DNA of 58,166 bases from an uncultured Planctomycetales bacterium (GCA_964391465.1 CAYMME010000002.1:1-58166), one strand, 5' to 3'; counted from the first letter of the stretch, positions 9,745 to 19,132 are shown. Made by a program: numbers and translations. The notes: generated by a model from the letters alone, not told the origin.

Positions 9745-11367
9745 ATGCTGAGCAAGAGAACGACACGTGGGAATGGGATCGGGGACCACCAGATGCACGC
9801 CGCAGGAAGGACGAATCCGCTGTACGTCATTGCGGCCGGCTCCGTCGCCGCCGCGGGACTGGGGTACCTCCTGTTCCGCGGCGGCGAGCAGGCTCCGGCA
9901 AGCGAGCTGACCATGTTCTGTGCGGCCGGTATGCGCAAACCGGTCGAACAGATCGCGGCCGACTATGAGGCGGCGTACGGAAGCCGGATCCAGCTCCAGT
10001 ACGGCGGGTCCAACACGCTTCTGAACCAGATCGAGGTGGGCAAGGTCGGCGACCTCTACCTCGCCGGCGACAGTAGCTACACCGAACTCGCGAAGCAGAA
10101 GGGCTTGGTCCGGGAACAGATTCCCATCGCCGACATGCGCCCCGTGATCGCGGTGCAGAAGGGCAATCCGAAGAACATCAAGGCCGTCGCCGACCTGCTT
10201 CGTGCCGACGTGCGCGTCGCCCTGGGTAACCCCGACCAGGCCGCCATCGGCAAGACCACGCGACGACTGCTCACCGACTCGGGCCACTGGGTCGACGTCG
10301 AGAAACACACACGCGACAAGGGTGTGTTCAAGCCCACCGTGCCCGAAGTCGCCAACGACGTGAAGGTCGGCAGCGTGGACGCAGCCATCATCTGGGACGC
10401 CGTATGCAACCAGTACCCCGACCTCGAGGCCGTCCGCACTCCCGAGCTCGACGCCGGCACGTCCCACATCACCGTTGGTGTGATGACCGCCTCGAAGCAA
10501 CCCACCGCCGCCCTGCGGTTTGCCCGTTTCCTCGCGGCTCGCGACCGCGGTTTGCAGACCTTCAAGGCCATGGGCTACGAACCGGTCGATGGCGACGTGT
10601 GGGGCGCCGAGACGCCGCAGCTCCCGTTCTACGCCGGCTCGGTCAACCGCAAGGCCCTCGCCCCGATCATCAAGGCGTTCGCCGCGCGCGAGGGCGTCGA
10701 GATCAACACGATCTACAACGGATGCGGCATCCTCACCGGTCAGATGAAGTCGATCCGCATGAACTGCGAGAGCGGCTTCCCCGACATGTACATGGCCTGC
10801 GACGTGTACTACCTCGACACCGTTCGCGACTGGTTCCAGGATGACGTGAACATCTCGAACACCGACATCGTCATCGTCGTCCAGGAGGATAACCCCAAGA
10901 ACATCCAGAAGCTCAGCGACCTGACCCGTCCCGGCATTCGCGTGGCGGTCGGCCAGCCCGACCAGTGCACCATCGGCGTGCTCACGAAGCGCCTGCTCGA
11001 AGCGGAGGGCGTGTACAGGACGCTCTTCGACCGGAAGAACATCGTCACCGAGACGGCCAGCTCGGCCATGCTCGTGCCGACGGTCACCACCGCCGCCGCC
11101 GACGCCACGCTGGCCTACGCCACCGACGCCCGAGCCGAGGCCGACAAGATCGACACGATCCCGATCGACTCGCCGTTGGCGAAGGCAGTACAGCCGTACA
11201 GCATCGCCCGCTCCAGCGAATACAAGCATCTCGGTCGGCGGATGTACCAGGCCATTTCGCAGTCGCGCGACTCGTTCGAGTCCGCCGGCTTCGTGTGGCG
11301 CCTCGGCGGAAAAGGGTCTGCCGCGAGCGCGCCCGCGTCGCAGCCGCAGGGGACCAGCACGCAATGA
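9745..11367 (+). CDS. modA: molybdate/tungstate-type ABC substrate-binding protein, tandem double-domain fusion
   Basis: The first half (FCAAGMRKPVEQIAADYEAAYGSRIQLQYGGSNTLLNQI...) is a full ModA-like type II binding domain. The second half (FYAGSVNRKALAPIIKAFAAREGVEINTIYNGCGILTGQM...VAVGQPDQCTIGVLTKRLL...) is a second complete domain of the same class. The N-terminus has a TM/signal segment. Confidence 0.8.
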   Translation: MLSKRTTRGNGIGDHQMHAAGRTNPLYVIAAGSVAAAGLGYLLFRGGEQAPASELTMFCAAGMRKPVEQIAADYEAAYGSRIQLQYGGSNTLLNQIEVGKVGDLYLAGDSSYTELAKQKGLVREQIPIADMRPVIAVQKGNPKNIKAVADLLRADVRVALGNPDQAAIGKTTRRLLTDSGHWVDVEKHTRDKGVFKPTVPEVANDVKVGSVDAAIIWDAVCNQYPDLEAVRTPELDAGTSHITVGVMTASKQPTAALRFARFLAARDRGLQTFKAMGYEPVDGDVWGAETPQLPFYAGSVNRKALAPIIKAFAAREGVEINTIYNGCGILTGQMKSIRMNCESGFPDMYMACDVYYLDTVRDWFQDDVNISNTDIVIVVQEDNPKNIQKLSDLTRPGIRVAVGQPDQCTIGVLTKRLLEAEGVYRTLFDRKNIVTETASSAMLVPTVTTAAADATLAYATDARAEADKIDTIPIDSPLAKAVQPYSIARSSEYKHLGRRMYQAISQSRDSFESAGFVWRLGGKGSAASAPASQPQGTSTQ

Positions 11368-12245
11368 GCCGCACGGCCGCACCCGCCCTCGGTCGAGAGC
11401 ACCACGTCGGCTCGGACACGCCGTTCTTCGCTGTCCTCGCCGTCATCAGTGCGACGTACTTGGTGCTCATCATCGCCATGCTCGTCGCCGACGCGGCCTA
11501 CATGATGCGCGGCGAGGAGGATGCAGCGTCCGCGTGGCCCGATGCCCCGCCGATCCTCGCGTTCATTGCCGACACGCCGATTGGGGCCGCCCTCGCCGAC
11601 GCCGACATCCAGTACTCGATCAAGCTGACGCTGATCTCCTGCACCATGACCGCAATCCTCTCGCTGTGGGTCGCGGTGCCGGTCGGCTACCTGCTGTCGC
11701 GCTATCAGTTCTTCGGCCGGAACTTGATCGACGCGGTGCTCGACATCCCCATCGTCCTGCCGCCGCTGGTCGTCGGCCTGAGTCTCCTGATCCTGTTCCA
11801 GTACTTGCCGCTCGTGGTGCGCGAGGCGGTCGTCTACCAGATCCCGGCCGTGATCCTCGCCCAGTTCATGGTCGCCTGCGCGTTCGCCGTGCGGATCATG
11901 CGGGCCACCTTCGACCAGATCGACGCCCGGCGGGAACAGGTTGCCCTGACCCTCGGTTGCACCCGAGCCCAGGCGTTCGGGCGTGTGGTGCTGCCCGAGA
12001 CCAAACGCGGCATGCTGACCGCGGCCACACTTGCCTGGGCCCGCTCACTCGGCGAGTTCGGACCGCTGTTGGTCTTCGCCGGAGCCACCCGCGGCAAGAC
12101 CGAGGTGCTCTCCACCACCGTCTTCCTCGAACTCAGCATCGGCGACCTCGAGGCGGCGGTGGCGGTTTCGTTGATCATGGTATTCGCCGCGATCTTCGTC
12201 CTGGTGATCGCGCGACTGTGGGGCTCGCGCAGTCTGACACTATGA
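11364..12245 (+). CDS. modB: molybdate/tungstate-type ABC transporter permease
   Basis: The ATG at 11364 overlaps the modA stop (ATGA). The motif LIDAVLDIPIVLPPLVVGLSLLILF and the EAA-like loop ALTLGCTRAQAFGRVVLPETKRG are typical of CysTW/ModB permeases. The ORF-track start at 10965 runs through modA in another frame. Confidence 0.85.
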   Translation: MSRTAAPALGREHHVGSDTPFFAVLAVISATYLVLIIAMLVADAAYMMRGEEDAASAWPDAPPILAFIADTPIGAALADADIQYSIKLTLISCTMTAILSLWVAVPVGYLLSRYQFFGRNLIDAVLDIPIVLPPLVVGLSLLILFQYLPLVVREAVVYQIPAVILAQFMVACAFAVRIMRATFDQIDARREQVALTLGCTRAQAFGRVVLPETKRGMLTAATLAWARSLGEFGPLLVFAGATRGKTEVLSTTVFLELSIGDLEAAVAVSLIMVFAAIFVLVIARLWGSRSLTL

Positions 12246-12324
12246 GTGTGCCTATGCGCAGCAAAGACAACCGATGGGTCTGGGTACCACGGGTCCCGCC
12301 GTGCGTTGGGTACGCGTTTACCGC

Positions 12325-12443
12325 GGGTGGCATGGGCAGGGCCCAACCTGACAGGGTTGGGTTTTGCCCGTGGCTGCAAGCGTGTTCACGCCGCCCACGG
12401 GCAAACCTCGCTCGCACGCGAGCGATGCCTGCCCATGCCACCC
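12325..12443. repeat. 119-bp nested palindromic element in the modB-modC spacer
   Basis: Outer arms are GGGTGGCATGGGCAGG (12325-12340) and CCTGCCCATGCCACCC (12428-12443). Inner arms are TTGCCCGTGG (12364-12373) and CCACGGGCAA (12395-12404). Two further small hairpins are CCCAACC..GGTTGGG and CGCTCG..CGAGCG. The arm sequence is a variant of REP family 1. Confidence 0.8.
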
Positions 12444-12492
12444 AAGATACTAGACACGCACTACGTTGGGATCTGCCCGTGCCGGCGTTCCG

Positions 12493-12521
12493 CACTGGCA
12501 GACAAGCTGCCAGTGGCACCC
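12493..12521. repeat. REP family 1, solo half-unit
   Basis: CACTGGCAGACAAGCTGCCAGTGGCACCC lies 32 nt upstream of the modC start. Confidence 0.8.
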
Positions 12522-12552
12522 TTCTTCACCTAAGCTCGGAGCGAGAAGCGAC

Positions 12553-13287
12553 GTGATTCGGGTCGAAGAGCTATTCGTGCGGGCGGGTGCGTTCGAGGTG
12601 CGAGGCGTCTCGTTCGAGGTCCCCACGGGCGCGTACGGCGTCCTCATGGGCAAGACCGGAAGCGGCAAGACGACCATCCTCGAAGCGATTGCCGGGCTCA
12701 AGCCGATCCTGGGCGGTCGAATAACGCTCGGCGAGCGCGACGTGACCGCACGCAAGCCCGCCGAGCGAAACCTCGGCTACGTCCCGCAGGACGGCGCTCT
12801 GTTCACAACGATGCCGATCCGCGAGCAGCTTGCCTTCGCGCTGACGATCCGCAAGACCCCGCGACGCGAAATCGACCGGACGGTGGGCGAACTGGCCGAC
12901 ATGCTGGAGATCCGCCACCTGCTCGACCGCACGACGCTGGGCTTGAGCGGCGGCGAGAAACAGCGCGTCGCCCTCGGCCGGGCGCTCGCGTTCCATCCGA
13001 CCACGCTCTGCATGGACGAACCGCTCAGCGCCCTCGACGAGGAAACGCGAGAGGGCATGTACACGTTACTGGAGGCCATCCGGGAGCGCACCGGCGTCAC
13101 GACCCTGCACGTCACGCACAACCTCAGCGAGGCCCGGCGTCTGGCCGACACGGTCCTCCTGCTCGAAGACGGCGCAATCCGTCAGGTGCGCCCGGACGAG
13201 TTGGCCAAACCGCCCGCCGAGCGGCGATCGGCCGATCACGAGAGCCCCCTGCCGCCGCACGAAATGCGCGCCCACCCGGCCACCTGA
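12553..13287 (+). CDS. modC: ABC transporter ATP-binding protein (molybdate/tungstate-type importer)
   Basis: Walker A GKTGSGKTT, signature LSGGEKQRVALGRAL, Walker B LCMDEPLSALD and an H-loop VTHN are all present. The GTG at 12553 avoids translating the REP element, which is included if the ORF-track start 12466 is used. Confidence 0.88.
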   Translation: MIRVEELFVRAGAFEVRGVSFEVPTGAYGVLMGKTGSGKTTILEAIAGLKPILGGRITLGERDVTARKPAERNLGYVPQDGALFTTMPIREQLAFALTIRKTPRREIDRTVGELADMLEIRHLLDRTTLGLSGGEKQRVALGRALAFHPTTLCMDEPLSALDEETREGMYTLLEAIRERTGVTTLHVTHNLSEARRLADTVLLLEDGAIRQVRPDELAKPPAERRSADHESPLPPHEMRAHPAT

Positions 13288-13358
13288 GGAACGAGAACCC
13301 AGCAAGCATACGTACCGTGGAAACGCTGGCGCACCGTCTCGGAGCCGGCGACGTGTAT

Positions 13359-13415
13359 CCGACACCGAGACGCGACCGTCAGGGAGCGTGGGATGCCGGC
13401 AGAGCCGGCATCCGC
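13359..13415. repeat. repeat family 3, copy 1
   Basis: CCGACACCGAGACGCGACCGTCAGGGAGCGTGGGATGCCGGCAGAGCCGGCATCCGC contains a 9-bp hairpin (GATGCCGGC/GCCGGCATC). It matches the inverted copy at 26825-26881 at 54 of 57 positions. Confidence 0.85.
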
Positions 13416-13534
13416 CCCACGGACAGACTTCGATCGGGTTGAGGCGCCACGCCAGTTGCAGCAGCGTTGACCGGCCGCTCTAATCCACTGAGCGTCCCGG
13501 CACGCTCCGGGCAACTTGGAGTTGCGAGAGCACC

Positions 13535-13903
13535 ATGGCGGAAACGACCAGCGACAAGACACCCGAGGCGATCATCCGGCAGTTGTCCGAGACCCCGCCG
13601 ACGAAATGCCCGTGCGGCGATGCGTTTCGGATCATCGGCGCGGCCGACGGCGCCCCGGCCAGTCTTCACGTCGTGGAGATCCGTGGCGAAGCGAAGAAGC
13701 ACTACCACAAGCGAATGACGGAGTTCTATCACTGCCTCGAAGGCGAGGGCGAGATCGAGCTGGGCGACGTGCGTCATCCGTTCCGGCCGGGCACGACCGT
13801 CATGATCCCACCGGGCACGCCGCACGCCGCCCGTGGACACTTCAAGATCATCAACGTGGTCGTCCCCGCGTTCGACCCGAACGACGAGCATAAGGTCGAG
13901 TGA
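13535..13903 (+). CDS. cupin domain protein
   Basis: 122 aa. The motifs HYHKRMTEFYHCLEGEGEIEL and PGTPHAA fit the two cupin metal-binding motifs. Confidence 0.8.
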   Translation: MAETTSDKTPEAIIRQLSETPPTKCPCGDAFRIIGAADGAPASLHVVEIRGEAKKHYHKRMTEFYHCLEGEGEIELGDVRHPFRPGTTVMIPPGTPHAARGHFKIINVVVPAFDPNDEHKVE

Positions 13904-13935
13904 ACCAACCGCCGCCCGAGAGGAGAGGATTCACC

Positions 13936-15708
13936 ATGAGGAGCCTGGCCGTTGCTACGCTGGTTCTGTCGCTGGGTGACAGCGTACTGGCCGAACCGGC
14001 CTCGCGCGCCATCCGACACTCGGACATCGTGTTCATGTACGACAGCGCGAGCATGTACGAGCCGTACGGCTGCACGGTGCTCGGCTGGGCGGGGTGGGCC
14101 AACGCCGAGCGCGTCCAGACCGCCCACGACAAGGGCGTGCGGCAGTTCACCTGCAGTGTGGGCTTTCTCACCGAGTTCAAGAACGTCATCGACTTCGACC
14201 CGGACTTCCTCGACGCCGCCTGCCGCAACTTCGCCGGCGAGCCTTTCGTCGTGCCCTGGCTGACCGACCACATCCACAAGGGCCGGCCCGCCTACTGGTG
14301 GTGCACGAACAGCCCGCTGTATCGGCGCTACCTGAATACGCGGCTGGAGCAGGTCATGAAGGTCGCGCCCGACGGCCTGCATATCGACGACTATCGCGGA
14401 ACCTCGGGGTCGGTCACGTGGCTGAACGGCTGCTTCTGCAAACACTGCATGGCGGCCTTTCGTTCGTATCTGATGGAGCATGCCCCGGGTGAGAGACTGA
14501 AGGCCCTCGGCATCAAGGACCTCACGACGTTCGACTACCGGCAGTTCCTTCTGGATCGCGGCGTGAAGCCGGAAGGCTACAAGAAGCAGCGACCGAAGCT
14601 GCCGCTGGCCGAGGCGTTCCATCACTTCCAGGTGATGGCCAACAACGCGTTCGTGGCCGAGTATCGCAAGCGGGCCGAGGCACTGCGCGGTAAGCCGCTC
14701 ACGCTGTGCGTCAACTCCGGCCTCTCGAACCCGCACGCCCTCGTGATCGCCCCGCAGCTCAGTTACTTCTGCTGCGAGGTGCGGCACGATGCGAGCAAGC
14801 GCCGCACGGCCAAGCACCCCGCGTACGTCTACCGGCTCGCCGACGGGCTCGACCGGCCCGTCGCCTCCACGGCCGGCGGTTGGGACTGGGCCTACGTCAA
14901 GGAGCACAACCTGCCCGGGCTCGCGCGGACCTGGATCGCGATGTCGTACGCCTTCGGGCACAACCTCATGGCCCCGCACCGGCAGTGGTGCTACACGAAG
15001 AAGAAGGGCACCCACTGGTACGACGGACCGACCGAGCAGTACGCTTACATGTATCGGTTCGTCCGCGAGCACGCGCGGTTGTTCGACGACTACGAAGCGG
15101 TGGCCCCGGTGGCCGTCTTGTATAGCAACGCCGCACGACGCCAGGGCCGCGGCAACATCGAACCGATCTGCATCGCTCTCGCCGAGCACAACGTGCCGTT
15201 CACCGTCGTCGTCGCCGGCGACGCATGGCTCGACTACCGACTCGATCCGAAACGATTGGCAACATTCCGCACCGTCATCAAGCCACCGGTCGACCTAGCT
15301 CTCGACATGAGACAACAGAAGGCGTTGGACACGGTGGCAAAGCAGGGCCGACTCATCACCTGGCCCGCCGACAAGAAGCCGCCGGAAGACCTGCGCAAGT
15401 GGATCACGGTCGAAGGATCGAACGACGTATGGGTACTGCCGCGCACGGCACCCGGCCGCAAGAACGCCCCGACCGTCGTACACGTCCTGAACCGCAGCTA
15501 CGACCCGAGCAAGGACGCATGCGTGCCGCAGACGAAGTTCCGGATCCGTCTGGCCAACGACTTGTTGGGCGACCGCGCGTTTCGCAAGGCCACGCTATAC
15601 GCACCGAAAACGGCGCCGGTCGAGTTGGCCCTGACGCCCGACCCCAATGCGGTCGTCCTCACCGTACCCGAACTCGGAACCTGGGGAGTCGTCGAACTGG
15701 TGCCGTGA
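13936..15708 (+). CDS. secreted hypothetical protein (possibly a TIM-barrel glycoside-hydrolase-like fold)
   Basis: The ATG at 13936 is preceded by GGAGAGGA and gives the signal peptide MRSLAVATLVLSLGDSVLA. The alternative GTG at 13900 overlaps the cupin stop. The functional guess rests only on genomic context and a GLHIDDY-type segment. Confidence 0.7.
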   Translation: MRSLAVATLVLSLGDSVLAEPASRAIRHSDIVFMYDSASMYEPYGCTVLGWAGWANAERVQTAHDKGVRQFTCSVGFLTEFKNVIDFDPDFLDAACRNFAGEPFVVPWLTDHIHKGRPAYWWCTNSPLYRRYLNTRLEQVMKVAPDGLHIDDYRGTSGSVTWLNGCFCKHCMAAFRSYLMEHAPGERLKALGIKDLTTFDYRQFLLDRGVKPEGYKKQRPKLPLAEAFHHFQVMANNAFVAEYRKRAEALRGKPLTLCVNSGLSNPHALVIAPQLSYFCCEVRHDASKRRTAKHPAYVYRLADGLDRPVASTAGGWDWAYVKEHNLPGLARTWIAMSYAFGHNLMAPHRQWCYTKKKGTHWYDGPTEQYAYMYRFVREHARLFDDYEAVAPVAVLYSNAARRQGRGNIEPICIALAEHNVPFTVVVAGDAWLDYRLDPKRLATFRTVIKPPVDLALDMRQQKALDTVAKQGRLITWPADKKPPEDLRKWITVEGSNDVWVLPRTAPGRKNAPTVVHVLNRSYDPSKDACVPQTKFRIRLANDLLGDRAFRKATLYAPKTAPVELALTPDPNAVVLTVPELGTWGVVELVP

Positions 15709-16508
15709 TGCGACAGGACAAGGTCTCACCTCTTCGCTGGTTGTTGCGTCATCGGATGGCGCAGGGAGAGGTCATTCCCCCGGACGCCCGGGTCGATCCC
15801 GATCGCTTCCCGGAGGACGAGTTCCCGCTCTATTGCCCGGACTGTGACTACCTGTTGCGGGGTCTGACCAGGGAGCAATGCCCGGAATGCGGATACGAGT
15901 TCGAACGCGGCAGGTTGCTCGTCCAACAGTATGTGATTGCGAGCGGGAAGCAACTCTGGAAGCGCGCAGGCAAGCATGCCAAGTGGACTCTCGTCGTCGG
16001 CTTCTTGCTCGGCTCCGCTGGCCCCGCCTTGTTCGCACTGGCGGCATCTCGCGTCGACGAGGCAGCAATGAAATCGCTGACGTTCGCGCAGATGCAATCC
16101 CTGATGGATGTGTCTCTTGCGCTCATGCGCATCTTGCTTGTGCTGATGGCCGTGGGCGCGATTCTGATTTTCGTCTCCATCGCGCTGTGGTCGCGATTGG
16201 CCATCGCCACGAAGAAGAAACGCAAGCAGGTGTTCACGGCCATCGATCGTACGACACCATCCTTTCGGACGGCGCAGCGGCACAGGTGGATCCCCTTGAC
16301 CGCCTTCCTTGCAGCGGCGATCGCCGTGATCGCGTGGGACGTTGGGTCAGACATGAGGTCAAGTGGGTGGCTCCGCTATTACTCCCAGGCGCCGCTGCGT
16401 ATTCTGATCCCGGTCGCGATCGCGCTGGGCGTGGGCATCCTGCTCGACGTGGGCACGCGTCTCCGGCGTCGATGGCAGCGCCGGCAGGACAAGCAGGAGG
16501 AAACCTGA
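15708..16508 (+). CDS. membrane protein with N-terminal CxxC...CxxC zinc ribbon
   Basis: The ATG at 15708 overlaps the upstream TGA. The motif CPDCDYLLRGLTREQCPECGYEF is followed by about 4 hydrophobic segments. The ORF-track N-terminal extension from 15225 overlaps the upstream gene. Confidence 0.65.
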   Translation: MRQDKVSPLRWLLRHRMAQGEVIPPDARVDPDRFPEDEFPLYCPDCDYLLRGLTREQCPECGYEFERGRLLVQQYVIASGKQLWKRAGKHAKWTLVVGFLLGSAGPALFALAASRVDEAAMKSLTFAQMQSLMDVSLALMRILLVLMAVGAILIFVSIALWSRLAIATKKKRKQVFTAIDRTTPSFRTAQRHRWIPLTAFLAAAIAVIAWDVGSDMRSSGWLRYYSQAPLRILIPVAIALGVGILLDVGTRLRRRWQRRQDKQEET

Positions 16509-16647
16509 TACAAGGCTCCTCCGCGGCCGCCAGGACAGCAGGCGCGGCGTTGGCCACGTTGCCAGCAATCACAAAGAGGTGAAGCCGCTGTTCGGAAACG
16601 AACGACGGGTGGCAATTGGAGCGTCGTCGGCGAGACGAGGTGAGCGG

Positions 16648-17961
16648 ATGCAGATTCGATTTCTGTCCGGTGTCATAGGCTGCGTCTACGCTGCGGGAGC
16701 AGCTTCGGCCGCCACCCCCGAGTGTTTCGTCCAAGACGCTCTTGGGGGGACGCTGGCTCGCGACCATCAGAGCCGGGCGATGTACTTCGAGGGAAGGCAC
16801 CGGCGCACTTATGTCGCCTACATGGACCACCACTTCGACGCCCGTATCACGTACTACGATCACGACGTCGAACAGTGGGTCGAGCCCGTGCGCGTGGACA
16901 ACTGCATCGCCGAAGTCGGCTGGTGCAAGGGCATCAAGGACGGGCACAACGTCCCCAACCTGTGGATCTCCACGAGCGGCACCATTCACCTGGTCTACGG
17001 AAGCCACGGCACCCCGTTCAAGTACGCGCGTAGCGAGCGGCCCGAGGACATCACCCGCTGGAAACTCGGCAAGCGGCTCAGCAACCACGCGACCTACCCG
17101 TTCTTCACTCAGTTGCCCGACGGCGAGATGCTGATGTTCTATCGCTACGGACCCAAGGGCAGCTACACGAACCCGTTTCTGGGTTTGCAGCGAACCGCCG
17201 ACGAAGGCCTCACCTGGAGTCGGGTCAAGAAGATCGGGGCGTTCCGCAAGGCCTGCAAACTGAACGGCAAGAACGTGATATATGATCCCGCCACCGGGCG
17301 CATCCATCTCAACCTCGCCCTCATGCCCGAGGGCCGTTGGGTGTGGTTCCCGTGCCAATATGACCCGGCCGCGGACCGCATGTACTCCTGGAACGGCACC
17401 ACCGATCTGGGCCGGATGCCCGGAGACGACCAGATCGTGAAGCACTGCCTAGTGGACGGTCTGTCTCTCCGAGAGATCTTCCTGCACGACGGCGCACTCT
17501 ACATGCTGCTGAAGCGGGGAGACGCCCACTCCTTCGCCGAATGGGACGGCAAGAAACTCACCCGGTACGACATCCCGGACGCCGACACCAAGGGATTCAA
17601 CAACGGCCCGATGTGGACGACCGACGGGAAGACGATCCGCATCTACGGCGTTCGAAACACCGATCCGCCGACGCCATTCCGCGGCGGGGACCTGTACGTC
17701 TGGACAAGCACCGACGGCGGGCAGCACTGGGACCAGGGCCGATGCCTGATCGACCGCCGCGATCTGGGTCACGGCCTCCTGGGGGTGAATCTGGTGATGG
17801 GATACGCAGGCAGCGGCCCGTTCCTGCTCGCGGCCGAAGTCACGGGCAAGTACCCGAAGGATTTCAAGATCACGCCCGCCAATCATTACGACAACCCCTG
17901 GAGGAAGAACAAGAAACTCTACGCGCTCGACGAGCAGGGACGATTCGTCAGATCGCGATAG
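16648..17961 (+). CDS. BNR_4-like repeat protein, secreted
   Basis: Signal peptide MQIRFLSGVIGCVYAAGAASA. The segment HNVPNLWISTSGTIHLVYGSHGTPFKYARS, together with STDGGQHW and ADEGLTWS Asp-box-like motifs, resembles the BNR_4 family. Confidence 0.72.
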   Translation: MQIRFLSGVIGCVYAAGAASAATPECFVQDALGGTLARDHQSRAMYFEGRHRRTYVAYMDHHFDARITYYDHDVEQWVEPVRVDNCIAEVGWCKGIKDGHNVPNLWISTSGTIHLVYGSHGTPFKYARSERPEDITRWKLGKRLSNHATYPFFTQLPDGEMLMFYRYGPKGSYTNPFLGLQRTADEGLTWSRVKKIGAFRKACKLNGKNVIYDPATGRIHLNLALMPEGRWVWFPCQYDPAADRMYSWNGTTDLGRMPGDDQIVKHCLVDGLSLREIFLHDGALYMLLKRGDAHSFAEWDGKKLTRYDIPDADTKGFNNGPMWTTDGKTIRIYGVRNTDPPTPFRGGDLYVWTSTDGGQHWDQGRCLIDRRDLGHGLLGVNLVMGYAGSGPFLLAAEVTGKYPKDFKITPANHYDNPWRKNKKLYALDEQGRFVRSR

Positions 17962-18065
17962 TCACCGCTAGTGAGCACAACAAGGAACAGTCACATGTTG
18001 CAGATTCTTCGTGTAGTCGGAATCCGGCGCCGGCCCCGAGTTTCACCGAGAAGAGACAACGACTC

Positions 18066-19115
18066 ATGACCGAAAGAGAGAACTGGTTGCGTGCGGTGGA
18101 GTTCAAGTCGCCGCAGTGGATTCCGAGTGAAGTGTGCTTCTCCCCGCTGACCTGGCATGTCTACCGAAAGAAGCTTGAGGAAATCGTTCTCCGCCACCCT
18201 CTGCTGTTTCCAGGCTATCAGCGTGGCAGCACCGACTTCGACGACTTCCCGGCCGCCTATCGAGCGGGTGAGTACTTCCGCGACAACTGGGACTGCGTCT
18301 GGTACAGCGCGGTTGGCGGGATCGAGGGGATCGTCGTCGACCATCCACTCGAGGACTGGAACGCGCTCGATACCTACCGGCCGCCCGACCCGAAGCTCAA
18401 GGCCGAGCGCGAAGACCGCGACTGGGAGCAGATCCGTAGGGACATCGCCGAGCGCAAGAGCACGGGCCTGCTGGCGATCGGACACGGCGAGCGGCTGTTC
18501 GATCGTCTCTACTTCCTGCGCGGCTTCGAGAACCTGATGATCGATATCGCCACGGACGACCCGCACCTGCCCGCGTTGATAGAGATGCTTCAGGAGTACG
18601 AGATGGAACTCGTCCGGCTGTGGCTCAACGTGGATGTGGATGCGATCGCCTTTCACACCGATATCGGCACGCAGCGCTCGCTGATGATCGACCCGCGGCA
18701 GTTTCGCAAGTACATCAAGCCGATGTTCAAGAAGATCTTCTCGACCTGCCGCGATGCCGGGGTCCACGTGTACCTCTCCTCGGACGGCAGACTGCTTGAT
18801 ATCGTCGAAGATCTCGTCGAATGCGGCGTGTCCGTGCACGATCCGCAGCTTCGGGCCAACACGCTGGACGGAATCGAACGGGTCTACAAGGGACGGATGT
18901 GCGCCAGGGTCGACCTCGACCGACAGATGTTCGCCTTCTGCCGACCGGAGGACATCCGCAGCCAGGTGCGCGAGGTCGTCGACCGGCTCGACGCACCGGA
19001 AGGCGGCTTGATGGTCTACGGCAGCGTACACGACGCCGACATTCCGCTGGAGAACATCGACGCCCTTTGCGGTGCCGTGGAAGAATACTGTCTTGAAGGC
19101 AGAGTCCAGGCGTAG
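18066..19115 (+). CDS. uroporphyrinogen decarboxylase (URO-D) family protein, paralog 1
   Basis: 349 aa starting at MTERENWLRAVEFKSPQWIP. The core FHTDIGTQRSLMIDPRQFRKYIKPMFKKIF...HVYLSSDGRLLDIVEDLVECGVSVHDPQ is typical of URO-D/MtaA-like TIM barrels. Confidence 0.8.
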   Translation: MTERENWLRAVEFKSPQWIPSEVCFSPLTWHVYRKKLEEIVLRHPLLFPGYQRGSTDFDDFPAAYRAGEYFRDNWDCVWYSAVGGIEGIVVDHPLEDWNALDTYRPPDPKLKAEREDRDWEQIRRDIAERKSTGLLAIGHGERLFDRLYFLRGFENLMIDIATDDPHLPALIEMLQEYEMELVRLWLNVDVDAIAFHTDIGTQRSLMIDPRQFRKYIKPMFKKIFSTCRDAGVHVYLSSDGRLLDIVEDLVECGVSVHDPQLRANTLDGIERVYKGRMCARVDLDRQMFAFCRPEDIRSQVREVVDRLDAPEGGLMVYGSVHDADIPLENIDALCGAVEEYCLEGRVQA

Positions 19116-19132
19116 GACACCGACGCATATTC

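Noticed and set aside
12466-12552. N-terminal extensions of ORF-track entries that read through repeats: 12466 for modC, 31231 for the PQQ-like gene, and 44379 for oppC.
   Set aside because: The extra residues (for example GVPHWQTSCQWHP and ALAGKLPVAP) are translations of REP family 1 units that recur in non-coding contexts. Downstream starts give normal N-termini or signal peptides.
15225-15707. N-terminal extensions of the ORF-track entries starting at 15225, 17541, 41175, 10965 and 49866.
   Set aside because: They overlap the preceding well-supported genes in other frames and are Arg/Pro-rich. Internal starts with coupling overlaps or ribosome-binding sites give sensible proteins.
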